Shown here: one piece after another, positions 22,393 to 38,621 of the stretch | How positions within the stretch are numbered: the stretch's first letter is position 1 | Layout: each line of letters begins with the position of its first letter | Program-made: the position numbers and the translations under genes | Assembly: GCA_001643675.2 (NCBI GenBank) | Contig: LSRY02000017.1 | Span: 1,550,001-1,614,000, forward strand | Direction of reading: 5' to 3' | Length of the DNA stretch: 64,000 nucleotides | Origin: Monocercomonoides exilis PA203 | Taxonomy: Eukaryota > Protista > Preaxostyla | The notes under the pieces: model-generated | Told to the model about the DNA's origin: nothing | The model's database searches: none | The model's input: the letters and a program-made list of their open reading frames with translations, nothing else

Positions 22393-24407
22393 ATGGCAGA
22401 TTCTGCACCATTGATCGAGAAAGGAAAATCGTTTGAATGCAATTAATTAATTAATTTTATTTGCTTTTTAAACTGATATTTGATAATAGTGATGAGGAAG
22501 TCGAAAAACGCTTGAAAGATATTCTTTCAATTTCTGCAGAATGTATTAGAATTGACGAATTACGAGAATTGTTAAAAACTGAAGACAACATTGTTTGCTA
22601 CGATGGATTTGAACCAAGCGGCCGCATGCACCTTGCACAAGCAGTTCTGAAATCACATATTGTTCGAACACTGACAAAGAATGGCTGTCATTTTATCCTT
22701 TGGGTTGCTGATTGGTTCGCCAAAATGAATCGTATGTAAGTTATTGTGAAGTGTTCAATCTAATAAAAGAGAAATTTTTTATGCTAAGACAAATCTGGAG
22801 GAGATATGAAAAAGATACATCGTCTGGGGGAATATTTTATTGAAGTTTGGAAAGCATGTGGGATAGAAGCAAATGGAAACGTTGAATTTTTATGGGCATC
22901 AGAAGTTATTGGAAAAAATCCACAATACTGGGAATTAGTGATGGATATTGCACAAACATTTACTGTTAGTAGAATGACAAGGTACTGAATTTATTCAATA
23001 TTGTGTGATCCTTGATTTATTTAATCAATAAAATCCAGATGCTCTCAAATCATGGGAAGGAGTGATGAGTCTTCACTTTCAGGATCTCAAATACTTTATC
23101 CATGCATGCAATGTGCTGACATTTTCAATCTTGGGGTGTGAAACAAACAATATTTTTTTACATTTCTTAAATGTTAACAATTTTTTTTGTGCTTAGGCTC
23201 ATATATGCCAACTTGGAATGGATCAAAGAAAAGTTAATGTTCTGGCACGTGAATACGGTGATGCAAAAGGAAAGAAGAAACCAATCATCCTTTCACACAG
23301 TCTGAAATATGATTTTTTTTGATTGAAACTTACACTTATTTAATTTTGTTATCATTTATTTTTTCCATTTTGCTTATGATTCACATTATACTCTTTTTTT
23401 CCTCTTCTCTATATCCTTTAACCTTCGTCACACATCATCTTTTCTTTGTGATTTCTTTTCCCAAATTTATTTATTTGTTTTCTAAAGACATGCTGATGGG
23501 ATTAGCAGAAGGGCAAGCAAAGATGAGCAAAAGCAATCCAATGTCAGCTATTTTTGTGGATGATGATCCGGTTTAACTCAAAATTTTATTATGTACTTTT
23601 TAACATTTTTTTTGAATGAATTATTGTTCTATCAAATCTTTGCAATCTCAATTAAAACAAAGGAAACTGTTACATTGAAAATCATGAGCGCGTATTTCCC
23701 AGAAGGCACAATTGAAGAATCGCCCTTGTTTAACTGGCTTCACTTCCTGGTTCTTCCTGTGATGGGCCACATGAAAATTGGAGAAACGTATGTATTTTGC
23801 AATGAATCAAAGACTTTTTAATTGTCATCTGTTTTATTTCTGTTTGTGGTGAATGAATCAACATGTGCTTTTCCATTGATGGGATTCCCTGGGGTCTGAC
23901 TGCAGAGACTATCACACCTTCGAAGAAGTGACTGCTGCTGTTGAAGCGAAGACATTTGAGTGGGGCGCGCTGAAGCCAGCGATGGCAGAAGCCATCAACA
24001 AGATGCTCGATCCAGTCAGAGCACACTTCCAGTCGACTCCGGAGCTTAGACAGGTGTGAGAAGAGGAGAGGCAAAAGGAAAAGTCGAATGAATGGAGATA
24101 TTTGCAAATGTTGCATTTTTGGATAAAGAGAATGAATGTTGAAAAAGATATTTTTTTCACAAAAATAATCTTTGTGTTCTTTTTGGATATATTTGTCATT
24201 ATTTCTGCTTCTCTGTTGAATGCTGTCTGTATTTATGGCATTTTCATAAAACAGCTGAAAAAAGATGTGGAAAGGATTGCAGAAGAGAATGCTGCTCTCA
24301 GAGAAGCTGAGCTCAAAGCAGCTGCTGAAGAAAAGAAGAAAGAGAGCGAAGAAGGAAAAGCCAAAGAGGAAGAACAAAGCTCTTCATCTTCTGTCCCGTC
24401 GAAGTAG
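22393..24407 (+). CDS. YARS: Tyrosyl-tRNA synthetase, multi-exon
   Basis: YDGFEPSGRMHLAQ (HIGH motif), WVADWFA, YPCMQCADIF, CQLGMDQRKVN, KMSKS. Confidence 0.95.
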
Positions 24408-24738
24408 AATTTTTGAACAGTTTTCGTTTGCATCGAAAGATGTTATTCTGAGATGCATTTATTTTTCTTCTTTTTTGGAACATGTTATGCCTTTTTATTT
24501 AAATTATACACCCAAAAAAGAAAAAGGAGCAGTCAACTCGTGCTCTTATCTGATATCCGCATAGAAAAAACGAAATCGAAAAATAAAATAAAATAAAAAC
24601 AAAAACAAAATGACATTATTAATTACACAATAAACGATAATATAACAACACAAAAATAGAAAGGCAATTAAAGAATGTCTTTAGCCTTCAATGAAAGTGA
24701 ATCATTCCAAAGAGCAAAATGAAGAAAAGCATAACCAC

Positions 24739-27700
24739 TCAGTTCAAATCAACAAGAGTAAAATTATCAGAATCATCATATTTCATCTTTAAGTTGTCCT
24801 CACCTTTGCTTGGTGCAAAGGCTGAAGAAGAAGAAGAAGAAGAAGAAGAATCAGAAGACGAAGAGTTGTTATCCTTGCCAATGACTAATTTATCATTAGC
24901 TTTCTGCTTTGCCACACTGTCTTGCTCATTCGCATTCACTGAAGAAAATGAATAGCCAACTGATTTTTTCTCGTCTTTGTTTGCATCTCCTCCATTTCTG
25001 CTGCTTTGAGAACTGTTCTTATTGCTCACAGCTGCATTGGCAGATCCACATGTTCCGTATCTGTCGGAAAATATGTTCTGAAAGTGAATAAAACGAGCAA
25101 GTTGCCTGTTTCTTTTTTCCTCAACATTAATCACCCCGCTCTCTTCCTTTGGAGATGAATTTTTGTTTTTATTCAAAATCTCAGAAAACATCTTCTTTAA
25201 GTTCTCCTGCTTGTCTATTGGAATCTCTTCACTTGAAATCTTCTCAATCTTCTTTTGTATTTCTGCTGTGTTTTCCACCACCTCTTCTTCAATGTCTCCC
25301 TCATAACTTTCCTTCTCCTCTTCTTCCTCATCCTTCTCCTCATCCTCTTCTTCCTCGCTGCCATTCTCTTCACACAGCTCATTCATCAGCTTCTCCTCTT
25401 CCATGTCGAATATCCGCTCGATCTGCTTCTGAAGAGAAGAAAGCTCCTTCTCATTCCGAACCACAAAGCACAGGCACATCGACGGATCGACTGAGGACAG
25501 GCTCATCGTGTGCACCTCGTCTTTTTTGGAGGGATGGAGCGAAAGGGCAGACAGAATAGGAGGGAAGCATGCATTGCCCTGCTTGGGTGTGCTGGCGGTG
25601 GATGAAAATGAAGAAGAAGAAGAAGAGGAAGAGGAAGAAAACAAGGATGAGTGAACAACTTGTGATTGATATCCAAAAGAGGAGTTAGAAGTCGCAGTTG
25701 AAGTATCCTTTGATTTGACAGAAAGCGGAGATAATTCGACTGAAGTTGTTGTGCATTCAGTCGAAAACATGCGACTCGGTTTGGCAGAGAATGAAGAGCG
25801 GGTGTGTGTGACAGTGGCGCGAGGGGACTTTGGCACAGGAGCCCCGTCTGCGAATGGGAAAGAGCCGAGCGAAGGCAGATGAGCAGACTTCAGAGAGACA
25901 GAATAGCGCGAAGGGGGTGGGAGAGGAGGAAGGGAATGAGTGCTGTGGGAGATTGGCTGGATGGCTGGAGAAGAAGGGGCAGAGGCAGCAGCAGAAAAGG
26001 AGTGTGAGTGATGAGATGGAGAAGGAATATCAGACTGATATTCAGATGCATCGGTTGTGTCGCGTGGGATGTCGAATGAAACATGGTGTGATGAGAAAGA
26101 AGGCATCAAAGGAGAAGAAGGAGAAGAGGTTGAGAGGGTAGAGGAGGAAGAGGAAGAAGGAGAAGCAGTGGAAGATGGAGAGGATGTGAGTGAAGTGAAT
26201 ATCTCAGGATTGGAAGGAGTAAATAAAGAAAGAGTCTCGTCAGCCATTCCAAGTGGAGTGGCTGAAGGAGCAGACGAAGAAAGAGGAATTCTTTCAGTCT
26301 GAGAAGATGAAGAAGAAGCAGATGAAGTGTTAAACGGCTCGAGTGTGGGTACCAAAGAATGAGGAGAAAGAGGTTGGGAAGGCGGTGGCTCAGGAGTCTT
26401 CTTCTTTCCCAATTCAAAAAGACTGATCTGTTCAGTCGGCTTCTCTGATAATGTTTGGTCAGCTGTGTTCTGCTCGTCTTTGATGCCAGCAGTATCTTCT
26501 GTTGCATTTGTCAGAGTGAGCTGTCTGTCTGAATCATTTAGCCCACAAAAGTTGCTTTGTGTCAGATATTGTGCTGCTTCTGTCACGTCTGTCTCTTTTG
26601 GCAGGGCAGATGGACTGTTGCTATCTTCTTTGGCTGAAAGAGCTCTGCCATCGTCTGACTGAATGGCACTGGCACTTCCATTCTGCAGTCGGAGGGGCGA
26701 AGGAGATGGGCTTTCGTCTGATGTCTGCTCTTCATCAGCAGCTGAATGAGGATCCATTGTGCTTGTCTGCATCTTCTGCTCCATCTCGTCGCTCCACCAA
26801 CACTCCACATTTTCTGTCTTGCGTGTTGTGTGCGGATCCAAATAGAACAATATCACTTTCGACGGCTGGCTCTTTTTCGGAGGATGAGGCGGCACGGCTG
26901 AAGAAGAAGTTGAAGAAGAAGAAGACGTTGACGAAGAATTCTGTGCAACCGATGCAGATTGCTTTTCTTTTTCTTTTTCTTCAGAGTTCTTCACTTTCAT
27001 TGCAGCGAAGAAGAAGTGGGCGACGTGTGGATGTCCCCCAGCGATGCCACAGAAGGAGGGGAGGCTGAAGAGGGCGTAGATGACAGAATGAAGACAGAGG
27101 GGTATTTTGTTGATTCCGAGGCGTGTGGGCAGAAGGATGATGACTGGACGAGAAGGAGGAGGCGGAGGAGAAAGAGAAAGTATGGAGAGTGGAGGAGTGG
27201 CAGGCGGAGGGGGAATATTCTGCCCTTCGAAGGAGAGGATGTGGGTGGAGACAGTCGGATATAGAGACGGAGAGGAGATGTCTTCAGAGGCAAAGAAGAG
27301 CGAGGTTGAGTTGGATGACTGACTGAGAGGTGAGTCTGAAGCATCTGAGTTCAGCAGCAGCGAAGGTTCAGAGCGAGTTGCATGAACAGAAGACAATTCC
27401 GCTTCTTGGCTGTCCGATATGGACTTTATTTGGGGAGTGTTGTATTTGCGCTTTTTCAATTTCAATGCTTCCTTTTTTTGCTTCATAGACATAATCTTTG
27501 CTTTGTTCTTCCTCTCTTGTTCGTGGCAAGGACAGCTTGGGATTGGGCAAGTGGGACATTGAGGAACATAAGCCTTTTTTTCGGATTTTGTTGCACTGTC
27601 ATTGTATATGAAAGGATTTGGAGGCTTTGGCTGCTCTCTCATTAATGAAATGACTTCTGGCTGTTGGTTAAAAAAGACAATAATTGACAATTACATCAAT

Positions 27701-28380
27701 AAGTTTATCCTTTTAACATTTTGAAAAAGAAAAATAAAATCGAAACCAAAAAAATTGTGTTGAGCCCTGGATTGCAGACATAAACACCAACTTGGAGAGG
27801 AGGAGGAATATAACTTTCAATTATTTCTGAATAAACTTTGGCTATTGTTCCGGAAGCAAACCACTCTCCTTGTGGCTTTCCGTATTTTTCTCCAAGTTCC
27901 ATCAAATGTTGTACAGAAAATGGATGAAGATGACGGGAATTTGGCCTTATTTCTTCAGAAAATAACGAACAAAACCAAACAGAACGAGGACAATATGGAA
28001 ACAAATTATCATCGATTTTGAAATCTCTCCCAAATAATATTCGCTGCAAGGCCTCTCCAACCATCATAGAGCCAGATCTTATCATGCCTTAAATAATTTC
28101 ATATTAGCAAAATTTAACTATTTTTTGAAAATGAAAAATAACCCATGAAATACAAACATCCAAATCCAGTATCAGAAGAAAATCCTTTTGAAGTTGGATG
28201 AAACCCTCTACGATAGGTGATGTACATTCTATTCATGGCATCAGCGTAAAATTGCTTTTCATTGTGATATACCTTCCCCATCATCACAATCTCATCATTT
28301 GGATCGAATTTAGGCTGATTAATTGATTGCCACATTTTTCTGATTGGCGCTTTGATATAATCCTGAACAAACTCCGTCAT
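24739..28380 (-). CDS. ATG4: ATG4 cysteine protease (peptidase C54) with large Ser/Pro-rich insertions; a further 5' exon is possible
   Basis: YITYRRGF, SDTGFGC|MIRSG, FSVQHLMELG..GKPQGEWF, LLPTRLG, GIAGGHP, FYLDPH, VDPSMCLCF. Confidence 0.9.
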
Positions 28381-28509
28381 ACTAGCATCCCAATAAAATT
28401 GATCTAATTTTCCATATGTCTAATAATCTTCTTTTCCTTTGCTTGAAGAACTCAATTCTGTGGCTTTTCGAAATATATTTATGTTCAAAAAAATATTTGT
28501 TTTATCTTT

Positions 28510-29418
28510 TTATTTTTTAATTGTTAAATATTCTTCATTTTTTTGAATTAAATCAATAATTTGAGATGCATCATCTCCAAGTGATTTTATTGAAACAAGT
28601 ATTTCAGTTGCTGATTTCTTGTCGAAATATTTGAGTTGATGAACTAGATTTTCATATTGGGGATAAAGTTGAATCTAAAAATTTGTGATTTTGAGAAATT
28701 GAAGCATATAATTGAAAGACAAACCTTTGAGGTAATTTCTGATCTTTCTGTGTGATAGTCGCTCATATTCGTAAGAAATTCTTCAGTTGAATCTTCGGCT
28801 CCATTGAGAATTTCTAATACCTCTTCTTGAACTTGAAAAACAAATGTTTCACTCTTAAATAAAGATTGAGAAAAAAACATTTTTAAAAATTTTCTAAAAG
28901 TCATACATTTGAAACTGACTCAACATTTAACTTTATCCACATCTTAATGCTGCGATATATTGATAATAGCTTGTTAATATGTTTTGTAACTTCTTTTGTT
29001 AGCTCGACATATTTCTAAAACAGAATGCTTCATGTAGCATAAGCTTAAATAATAAAACACAAACTTGATTTGTTAGTATTGGCTCTTTTGTCGCTTCTTC
29101 AGATGCAATATTTTGTGGAAGTTCGCATCCTTCAACAATTTTTTCGTATTCGCTTGTAACTCTCTGAAAAGCCAAATATTTTAATATAGCAGGATACAAA
29201 CATCAAATACTTCTTAAAAAAAAAATAAAAAACATTTGCTAAGTCCGTAAGCTCTTTTTGTTCTTTTAATAATTCGATTCTGGCCTCATCAGCAGATTCT
29301 AAATAAAAATTAAAATAACTGGAGTAAAGTGATAACGAAATGATATACTCAGTGAATTCTCTTTACATTCTTTTTGGAAGTTCGAAAATACACGAACCAA
29401 ACTCGGCTTCAAAGCCAT
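28510..29418 (-). CDS. Hypothetical helical/coiled-coil protein, multi-exon
   Basis: Short E/K-rich open exons separated by GT..AG introns (MALKPSLVRVFSNFQKECKENS... to ...QKNEEYLTIKK*). Confidence 0.55.
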
Positions 29419-29507
29419 TATGCAATGAAGCTTATTTTTTATATTCTCACAACAATGATATAATTAAGTTATGGGTGAAAATTCCCATTTATCGTTTTAT
29501 TTTTTCA

Positions 29508-32035
<2,528 letters not shown>

Positions 32036-33042
32036 ACAGACAGGAGAGAGAGTGTGTGTGGTGGATGGACAGCAAAGAACACACAAGCAGAAAGGAGATG
32101 CAGCTTATATATGGAATGGATAGAAGAATATTTGGAACTTTAGGCATTCTTTTTTTGATGCCTAGTTTTGTGATTATGATGTTTTGAGTGTTTTTCATAA
32201 GGAGCAGAGATTATACTTTACTTTATCAAATGGACATTTTATAATGGCGATGAGAAATTGAACCAGAATTCTTAGTGAATTTGCAGTTTAAAATGAAAAA
32301 TTGTCATCTTTTTGTTGTTTATTTTTATTTTTTATTTTTTGCATTAGTAATTTTGCATCTTTCTTTATTAAAATAGCCTCGTTGGCCGATTGTTTGCTTT
32401 CTTCTCTTTTATTGCTTACATTAAACTTCACGTCTGTAAACTACACATTTTTTTTGAATATCTTGATTCATTTGTTCTCTTAATGATAATCACAATTAAT
32501 TTTGTCCTTTTCCTTTTCCTTCCTTCTTTTTGTTATCATATTTTATCAAAATCGCTTTAAACGAGGATTTCTCGTTATATTTTTTTCCATTGGTTTTTTT
32601 GGTTAACGAATTCATTTCCCATTTTCATACCAATTCACATACTTATTTATTTCCCAATTTCTGATATATTTATTTGTAACATATGCATTTGATTGCAGCG
32701 TAGCCTTCTTCTTTCTATGCTCTTTTTTTCGACGTTCGTTTCATTCTTTAATTCATATTTTATTATTGTACATATCAGTGTTTGAACAATATATTTTTAT
32801 ATGCTTTGCAGATTGAACTTTGCTTTTGTTCTGCATTGTCAGTTTTTCCTTTAAGTGTCTTAAGGAATAAAATAAGCATCTTTTTGCAGATAAAGAAACA
32901 ACAACAAATTAACATACATACGTATTGCGTTAAATAAGTTATAAAAGTTTAAAATAAATTCTTATATGATTAAAAAAAAATACAATAGTAGGCAAAGTAC
33001 ATTCAACAGTTGCCTATCAAATTAAGTTAAAATTCAAAACTG

Positions 33043-33832
33043 CTAAACGAAACTCGGCTGATTTTCTGGTGCAGTTTCAATCTGAATAGGAGGTTGTGAA
33101 TGAGGACTTGATTGTGGGATGGTGTCAATTGCAGTTTCCTCTTGCACAACTGGTACCGCTTGAACCATTGGCTCGGTAGATTTTGTATTTGGATCACCTT
33201 GAGTTGTTGGAGTCGCTGCTGTTTTCGAAGCTGAGCTTGTTGATTGAGTTGCGTTTCCAGAAGGTTGACTTTTTGATCCACAAATAGGACCAGGCTTTTC
33301 AATCTTTTTGATAAAATGAAACACGATGTACACAAATCCTGATAAACAAATTATGTTTATCGAATAAACGTTTTAACAAGTAAAAATGTGAAAATATTCA
33401 AACCCAGAACAACAACCAAAGATCCAAAAATATAAACTGGAATATTCGCCCCTGACCAACAAATTACACCACAGCTAAAACAAATACATAGAAAAATGAA
33501 TAAGTCAAATAAAAAATTAAAAACAAACTATAAAATGAAGCATCCATATCCAAGCCAATTATCCAGTAATCCAAAGTTATCTAAGACGATTCCTGGTCTA
33601 AACATCACGTACAGTATTAGTATTAACCCGAACAAGCACACAAATAAGGAATGAATAAGACCTAAGTTCATTATCAAGAGGATAAAATGCAAAATTCACC
33701 TTATTGAATAAATCACATACTTCCAAAATAAAAGTGAGAGAAATTAACAATGAACCAGCACAATCCACATGCAAATACAAATATTCCAGCGCAAAGGTCA
33801 ATAATATTCAAAACAAGTCCGATTCCAACCAT
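33043..33832 (-). CDS. Small multi-pass membrane protein, COPI-associated/Tvp15-like, multi-exon
   Basis: Hydrophobic exons (MVGIGLVLNIIDLCAGIFVF..; NFGLLDNWLGYGCFI..; IPVYIFGSLVVVLG) and a Q/P/T-rich tail. Confidence 0.55.
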
Positions 33833-33979
33833 ATCTCTCAAATTTGTAAACAATAATACCACTGATCATAGTTTCAAACAACACTTTCATTTGATGTAAC
33901 AATTTTTCTATCATTATCTGTAAAATAAAAAAATTTATATTTGAATTATTGATTCAAACTTTCAACCTTAATTGATCAT

Positions 33980-34340
33980 GTGATCACAACCCTTTCTAGG
34001 TGTTGTCGGGGACTGATGTTGTGCATGTTTTGTGCAAATATCAGCGAGCTCGGATGATACCTCGGAGCTGATCAGAATAACGGTCGGCGATGGGAAGAAC
34101 GAGCAGCGCAGGCAGATCGAGCTTGGAGGGCGACTGCGCACTCAGCCGATAGAAAAGATCTTGCGCGGCGTTCTTTTTGCGTAATTGCGTGATGCGTGCA
34201 GGCCCTGATGAGCAGGGCGCTGCAGCGCGCCCCCGGAATATGTGGGGCATGCGTTTTGCGTGTTTGTTGAACTTGCGTGAATTTGTTTCACTTCGCGTAT
34301 TTTGAAGATGAATGCGTAACATTTGCGTAAACAATGCGTT
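33980..34340. ncRNA. GC-rich structured intergenic island; candidate ncRNA or regulatory element
   Basis: Several hairpins (CTGATGT../..ATATCAG; AGCTC../..GAGCT; GCGCAG../..CTGCGC; GCCCTG-ATGAG-CAGGGC; GCCCC../..GGGGC) in an otherwise AT-rich spacer. No convincing protein. Confidence 0.45.
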
Positions 34341-34561
34341 GTTTTTTATAATTGTTTTCAGTTTTTTAAAAATACACGAGACTTGATTTGTTTTGATAAT
34401 TGTTTTCGACTCACAATTATTGAAACTAATAAATTAAAACTAAAAATTATTAACTATCATAGCTTTGATATCAGCAAATTAAAAAGTCAAAAACGTAATA
34501 ACATAAACTTTACACAAGAAAGAAAAATGTTCACTATTTAAGCAAATAAATTTTAAAAATG

Positions 34562-37500
34562 TTAAATAGCAACTTCTAATGAATATTTCACGTTTTCGTC
34601 TTCACCATAAATGGTAACATCGACCACATCTCCGTTTGTTAGATGTAGAAATGGAAAAGGTCTTATCCAAGCTGAATAAAGATCAAAAAAGTTCAGAAGA
34701 TTTGCTTTCGAAAATCGTTTCTTATTGATTGGAAACGATGGACTTGGAGGTTTTCCGAAGACTTGAGTAGAGTTAAAATTCGAAAAACTTGATGTTCCAT
34801 TTTTAATTTGTTTATTTGGAGAATGAGAAATAGGATAGCATATTCCTGCGCTGGTAATCCCATGCTTGTTCATTCGATTTGACGCATATTTTGGATGAGA
34901 GCACAGCTTGTTGGTGACAACCTCATAGACATAGTGCAAAGCCTTCTCTTCATTAACGAACCGAAGTACTGGGATGTTTGCCTGCTCGTCACAAAAGATT
35001 CTGACTTCAGAGACACGAGGCAGCACGTCGCTTGGGGTGTCAAGGAACGCACTTCGCTCATCGCCAAATTTTGTAAAGTACACAGAAAAATATGGCTCAG
35101 CGAGCTCAGAAGGAATTGACGACGAAACAATTTGCCGAATACTCGCAGAGGAAATGCTCTCTGAAGAGTCAGAGGAATTATCTGGTGCAGACCCGTTTCT
35201 TTTACCTTTCACAGTCACCGTGTTCTTCAAGTGTCCATGTGATTTGAGCATTCTTTCAGCCTCCTCAATCGTTGTCTCTTTGCCAAAGCCGACGAAATCA
35301 CCCAATTTGTAGTCAACAAGAAAGCTGCTCTGCACTGCATGCTCGCCCTGCAGAGAGTATGTCCAGTACTCGTCCTTCCAAAATGCAAGAGACAGAAAGC
35401 TTAAGTCGCCCAGCACATCCACTTCGGTGTATTTCCTTTTGTCGGCAGGTCGCTTGTGCATGTGCATGTATCTCAGCGGAGACGGGCCGATAGTTGCATT
35501 TCTGCTTGGATGAGTGGCCTGGAATTTCTTGTAGAATTCTTTGACTTCTTCTTTCACTTTCTCCTCCCTGTTTTTGTTTTTATCTGCTTCTTTTTCTTCT
35601 TTCCTCATTTCCTTTTCTTTTTCATTTTCTTTCTCATCATCTTCTTCATCTTCCTTTTCATCTTCTTTTTCTTTCTTCTTCTCTTTCTCTTTCAGGTTCT
35701 TTTTTATTGTTTGTTCTTTGCTCTTCTCTTTATTCACACTAACAGTTTGCTTCAGGCGATTGATGGCATTCGGATTTGGGTCTGCGAATGAGTGTTTTGG
35801 GCGGAACTGGCGCAGAGTGTGGGGACGAGGCAGAGAACCCTCGCCATCTGAATTGATTCCATTTTGCTCAGAATTCTTCTGCTTATTCCCACCAAAGCCA
35901 AGCTTGCTCCACAGCGATGATTGAGAATGCTCTGATGGAATCTCTTTTTGCTGAGATTTTCCTTTCTTTCCATCGAAAATGTCTTCTGACTGTGTTCCTT
36001 TGACGTTCATTCCATTTGAGTTGCTTGATATTTCTTCATTTCCTTCGCTTCTTCCGTATGGGCGTCGAAGCAGCTGCTCAACAGTCATGTTCCTGTCTTT
36101 TGCCTCAGCAGACAGAATCAATGGAGCTTGCCCATCATAAATTCCCTCTGATGACGACGAGATCGCTTCAAAGCCGGGTATTTCGCAAAGTGCAGGCACA
36201 GAAACCCAAAAGATATATTTGTGCGGATCAGGATGAAATATTTCAGTTATCACAGATTGATCTAATTTGAATGCAACAACAAACGAATCAAGAAAGAAAA
36301 ACAGATATTTGCACATATGAAAAAAAAAAAAGACATTTTATTTAAATTGAAAATGACAATTGTTTATAGACACCAAATATCAATACAAACTTGAGCGGGG
36401 TCTGTCAAATTTGAAGTCGAGGTAATCTTCAGTGCTGCAGTAATACCTCACTTCCGATGAATATTCGAGATGCTGCTGAGGCTGTTCTTGCTTCTTCCTG
36501 ATGACACCAAAAAGGCTCCTAAAAATAGATTTCAATTCAGGTGGATTCTTCTGCTGATGTTTGTGTATGTTGCCACGCTTTTCCTTTCGACTGTTTGCAA
36601 TTTCTTTCAATCTCTTTGCAACAATATCATACAAACTGATCCCTTCCATGTTATCATTTTCCATTTCTCTTCTTTTTGCTTCTTTGGATTGCCTGACATA
36701 ATTGTCATAAGGCACCGTGTGTATGCCAGTCTCCTCCTCAGCGCTGCTGCCGTGGATGAACTGCTGAGAAAGGAAGTGCACTCGGCGACTGCCAAGCGAA
36801 GGGAAGATGTTGAAAGGCTGCGGCCCATAAACGGCTTTCAGGGCATCGTCTTTCATCTGATTCCCCACAAGCTTCCGCTGGTTCTGTCTGTAGCGCCTGC
36901 GCTCTTTCATCCACCACTCGTTGAGCCTTTTCTTTGCACTCCGCAGAGACGGGTAGAACTTCGGAGGCTCCAAAGGATCAGAACTGCTGCGCACCTTTCC
37001 CCAGCTCCGGGCCTTCTCCATTGAAGAAATATCTCCTTCAACCAATATCGTTTCAGCGTCTTTCTTTGTACACTTCCATTCGTCCGCAGCTTCGAAATGA
37101 ATATTCGGATTCTCTTCCTTTTTGATTGATTCAATTTTTTCCAACTCTTTTTTGACTGTTGAATCAACCAGGACGGAGTTTATGTACATATAATGACTTG
37201 AAGCATCTCTCTTTTTTGACGCAGACTTGTCAGTCCCGTAAGCTAAAAGCACTTTGTGTTTGTTTCCCAACTTCGATTCAATTGTCCTTTTGTATTCGTT
37301 AGTTGTTAACAAATTGTAGTTAAATCCATCAAAAGCATCATCGAAACTTCCTTCATCAGAAGCGCCATTTTTCAATTTTTTATCTGCATTTTCTCTCACA
37401 GATTCACCACCATTCTCCTGAGCATTATTTGAGTGTTCATTTTTCAATGAACCAAACATTTCATAATCAACGGCCTTATCAAGTATTTCGTTAATCTTTT

Positions 37501-38621
37501 TGTGTCTGTAGATTCCACGCAGGAAACTTGATGTAATGTTGGCGTACGAACAGTTTGTTGAAAGAATTCCATGAGCAAGATTTGCCTTTTCCAACTTGTG
37601 CGTGATTGCCAGCATATCAATATAATCTTCCATCTGCAGCTTTGTGACTTCCTTTCCCGTCTCTTCATATGGAACTTTTATTTCAACTCTTTTCTCATCG
37701 CCGCTGAAATAACCCAAAATTTCTTCTTTTTGATTCACATATTCAATAGCTTTTGTAACTTGAAACTTTCCAAAAGGATCAGAATTCTCTTCAAACACAT
37801 CGTTATCATATGTCATCTTTTGAACGTATAAACCAGGAGCTATGGTAAAAAAAGTATCGTTAATAAGCACACTGGGATATTCAATAAAAGGAATTGTTAA
37901 GAGGGTATTTCTGGCAACTTTCATGAAATAATCATCCGAACTCAAAACACCAGTTTCAAATGTATATGGTCTGTGCTTTATTAAATGAAGTGATTCATCA
38001 TCAGGTGATTTGGTGCTGTCAGGAATTTTATAGCGTGCAGAGTTTACCCAAAAGTTTCCTTAAAATTATATTATCATCAAAAATTTTGATTGAATATTCA
38101 TTATAACGTTATTGAACAAAAAAATAATTCATTGTTTCATACTTGGGATTCCATAGTTTGGGAAGTATGTATAAGATGTTGTCAAAGGATTTGTGAAATG
38201 AATTTTTGGAAGTGTCTTTGATGTTCTGTGAAGTGAATTATCTTTTTAAAACAATAATTTCAATAAAAATTATCTTCAAAAAGTCCATACCATTTCCAAA
38301 TAATGAATTTGATGATCTGATTACAATATTTTTTGAATCGTATTCAGATTCCGATAAGTCATTTGAAGATGGAAACACGCATGCATATTTAACACCTTTT
38401 CTTCCAATTAATGTTGCATCCAAAGGCTTTGAAATAAAAAATTATTTAAGATTTAACATTAAAATGGAGCAAACCACTTCTTCTTCTTGAATAGTCGAAT
38501 GAGAAATGTATAATTGATATTCATGATTAATTGCATGAACAGAATCAGCAACAAAATTTTGCTCGCTGTAGTGCGTAAATACAATATAAGTTAACACGAG
38601 AAATAAAAAATTATTTCTCAT
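34562..38621 (-). CDS. ER lectin with two MRH-like domains (ERLEC1/XTP3-B/OS-9-like), signal peptide, multi-exon
   Basis: Hydrophobic N-terminus MRNNFLFLVLTYIVF. 'SEVRYYC..ITEIFHPDPHKYIFWVSVPALC' and 'YWTYS..VQS..RVSEVRIFC..VNEEKALHYVYEVVTNKLC' fit MRH patterns. Confidence 0.7.

Noticed and set aside
33980-34260. Telomerase RNA or hammerhead ribozyme
   Set aside because: Only AACCCT is present, with no full CCCTAA template. CTGATGA is not followed by a stem plus GAAA in hammerhead geometry.
34041-34334. 97-aa minus-strand ORF over the GC island
   Set aside because: No recognisable motif and an atypical composition; an open frame is expected by chance in GC-rich DNA.
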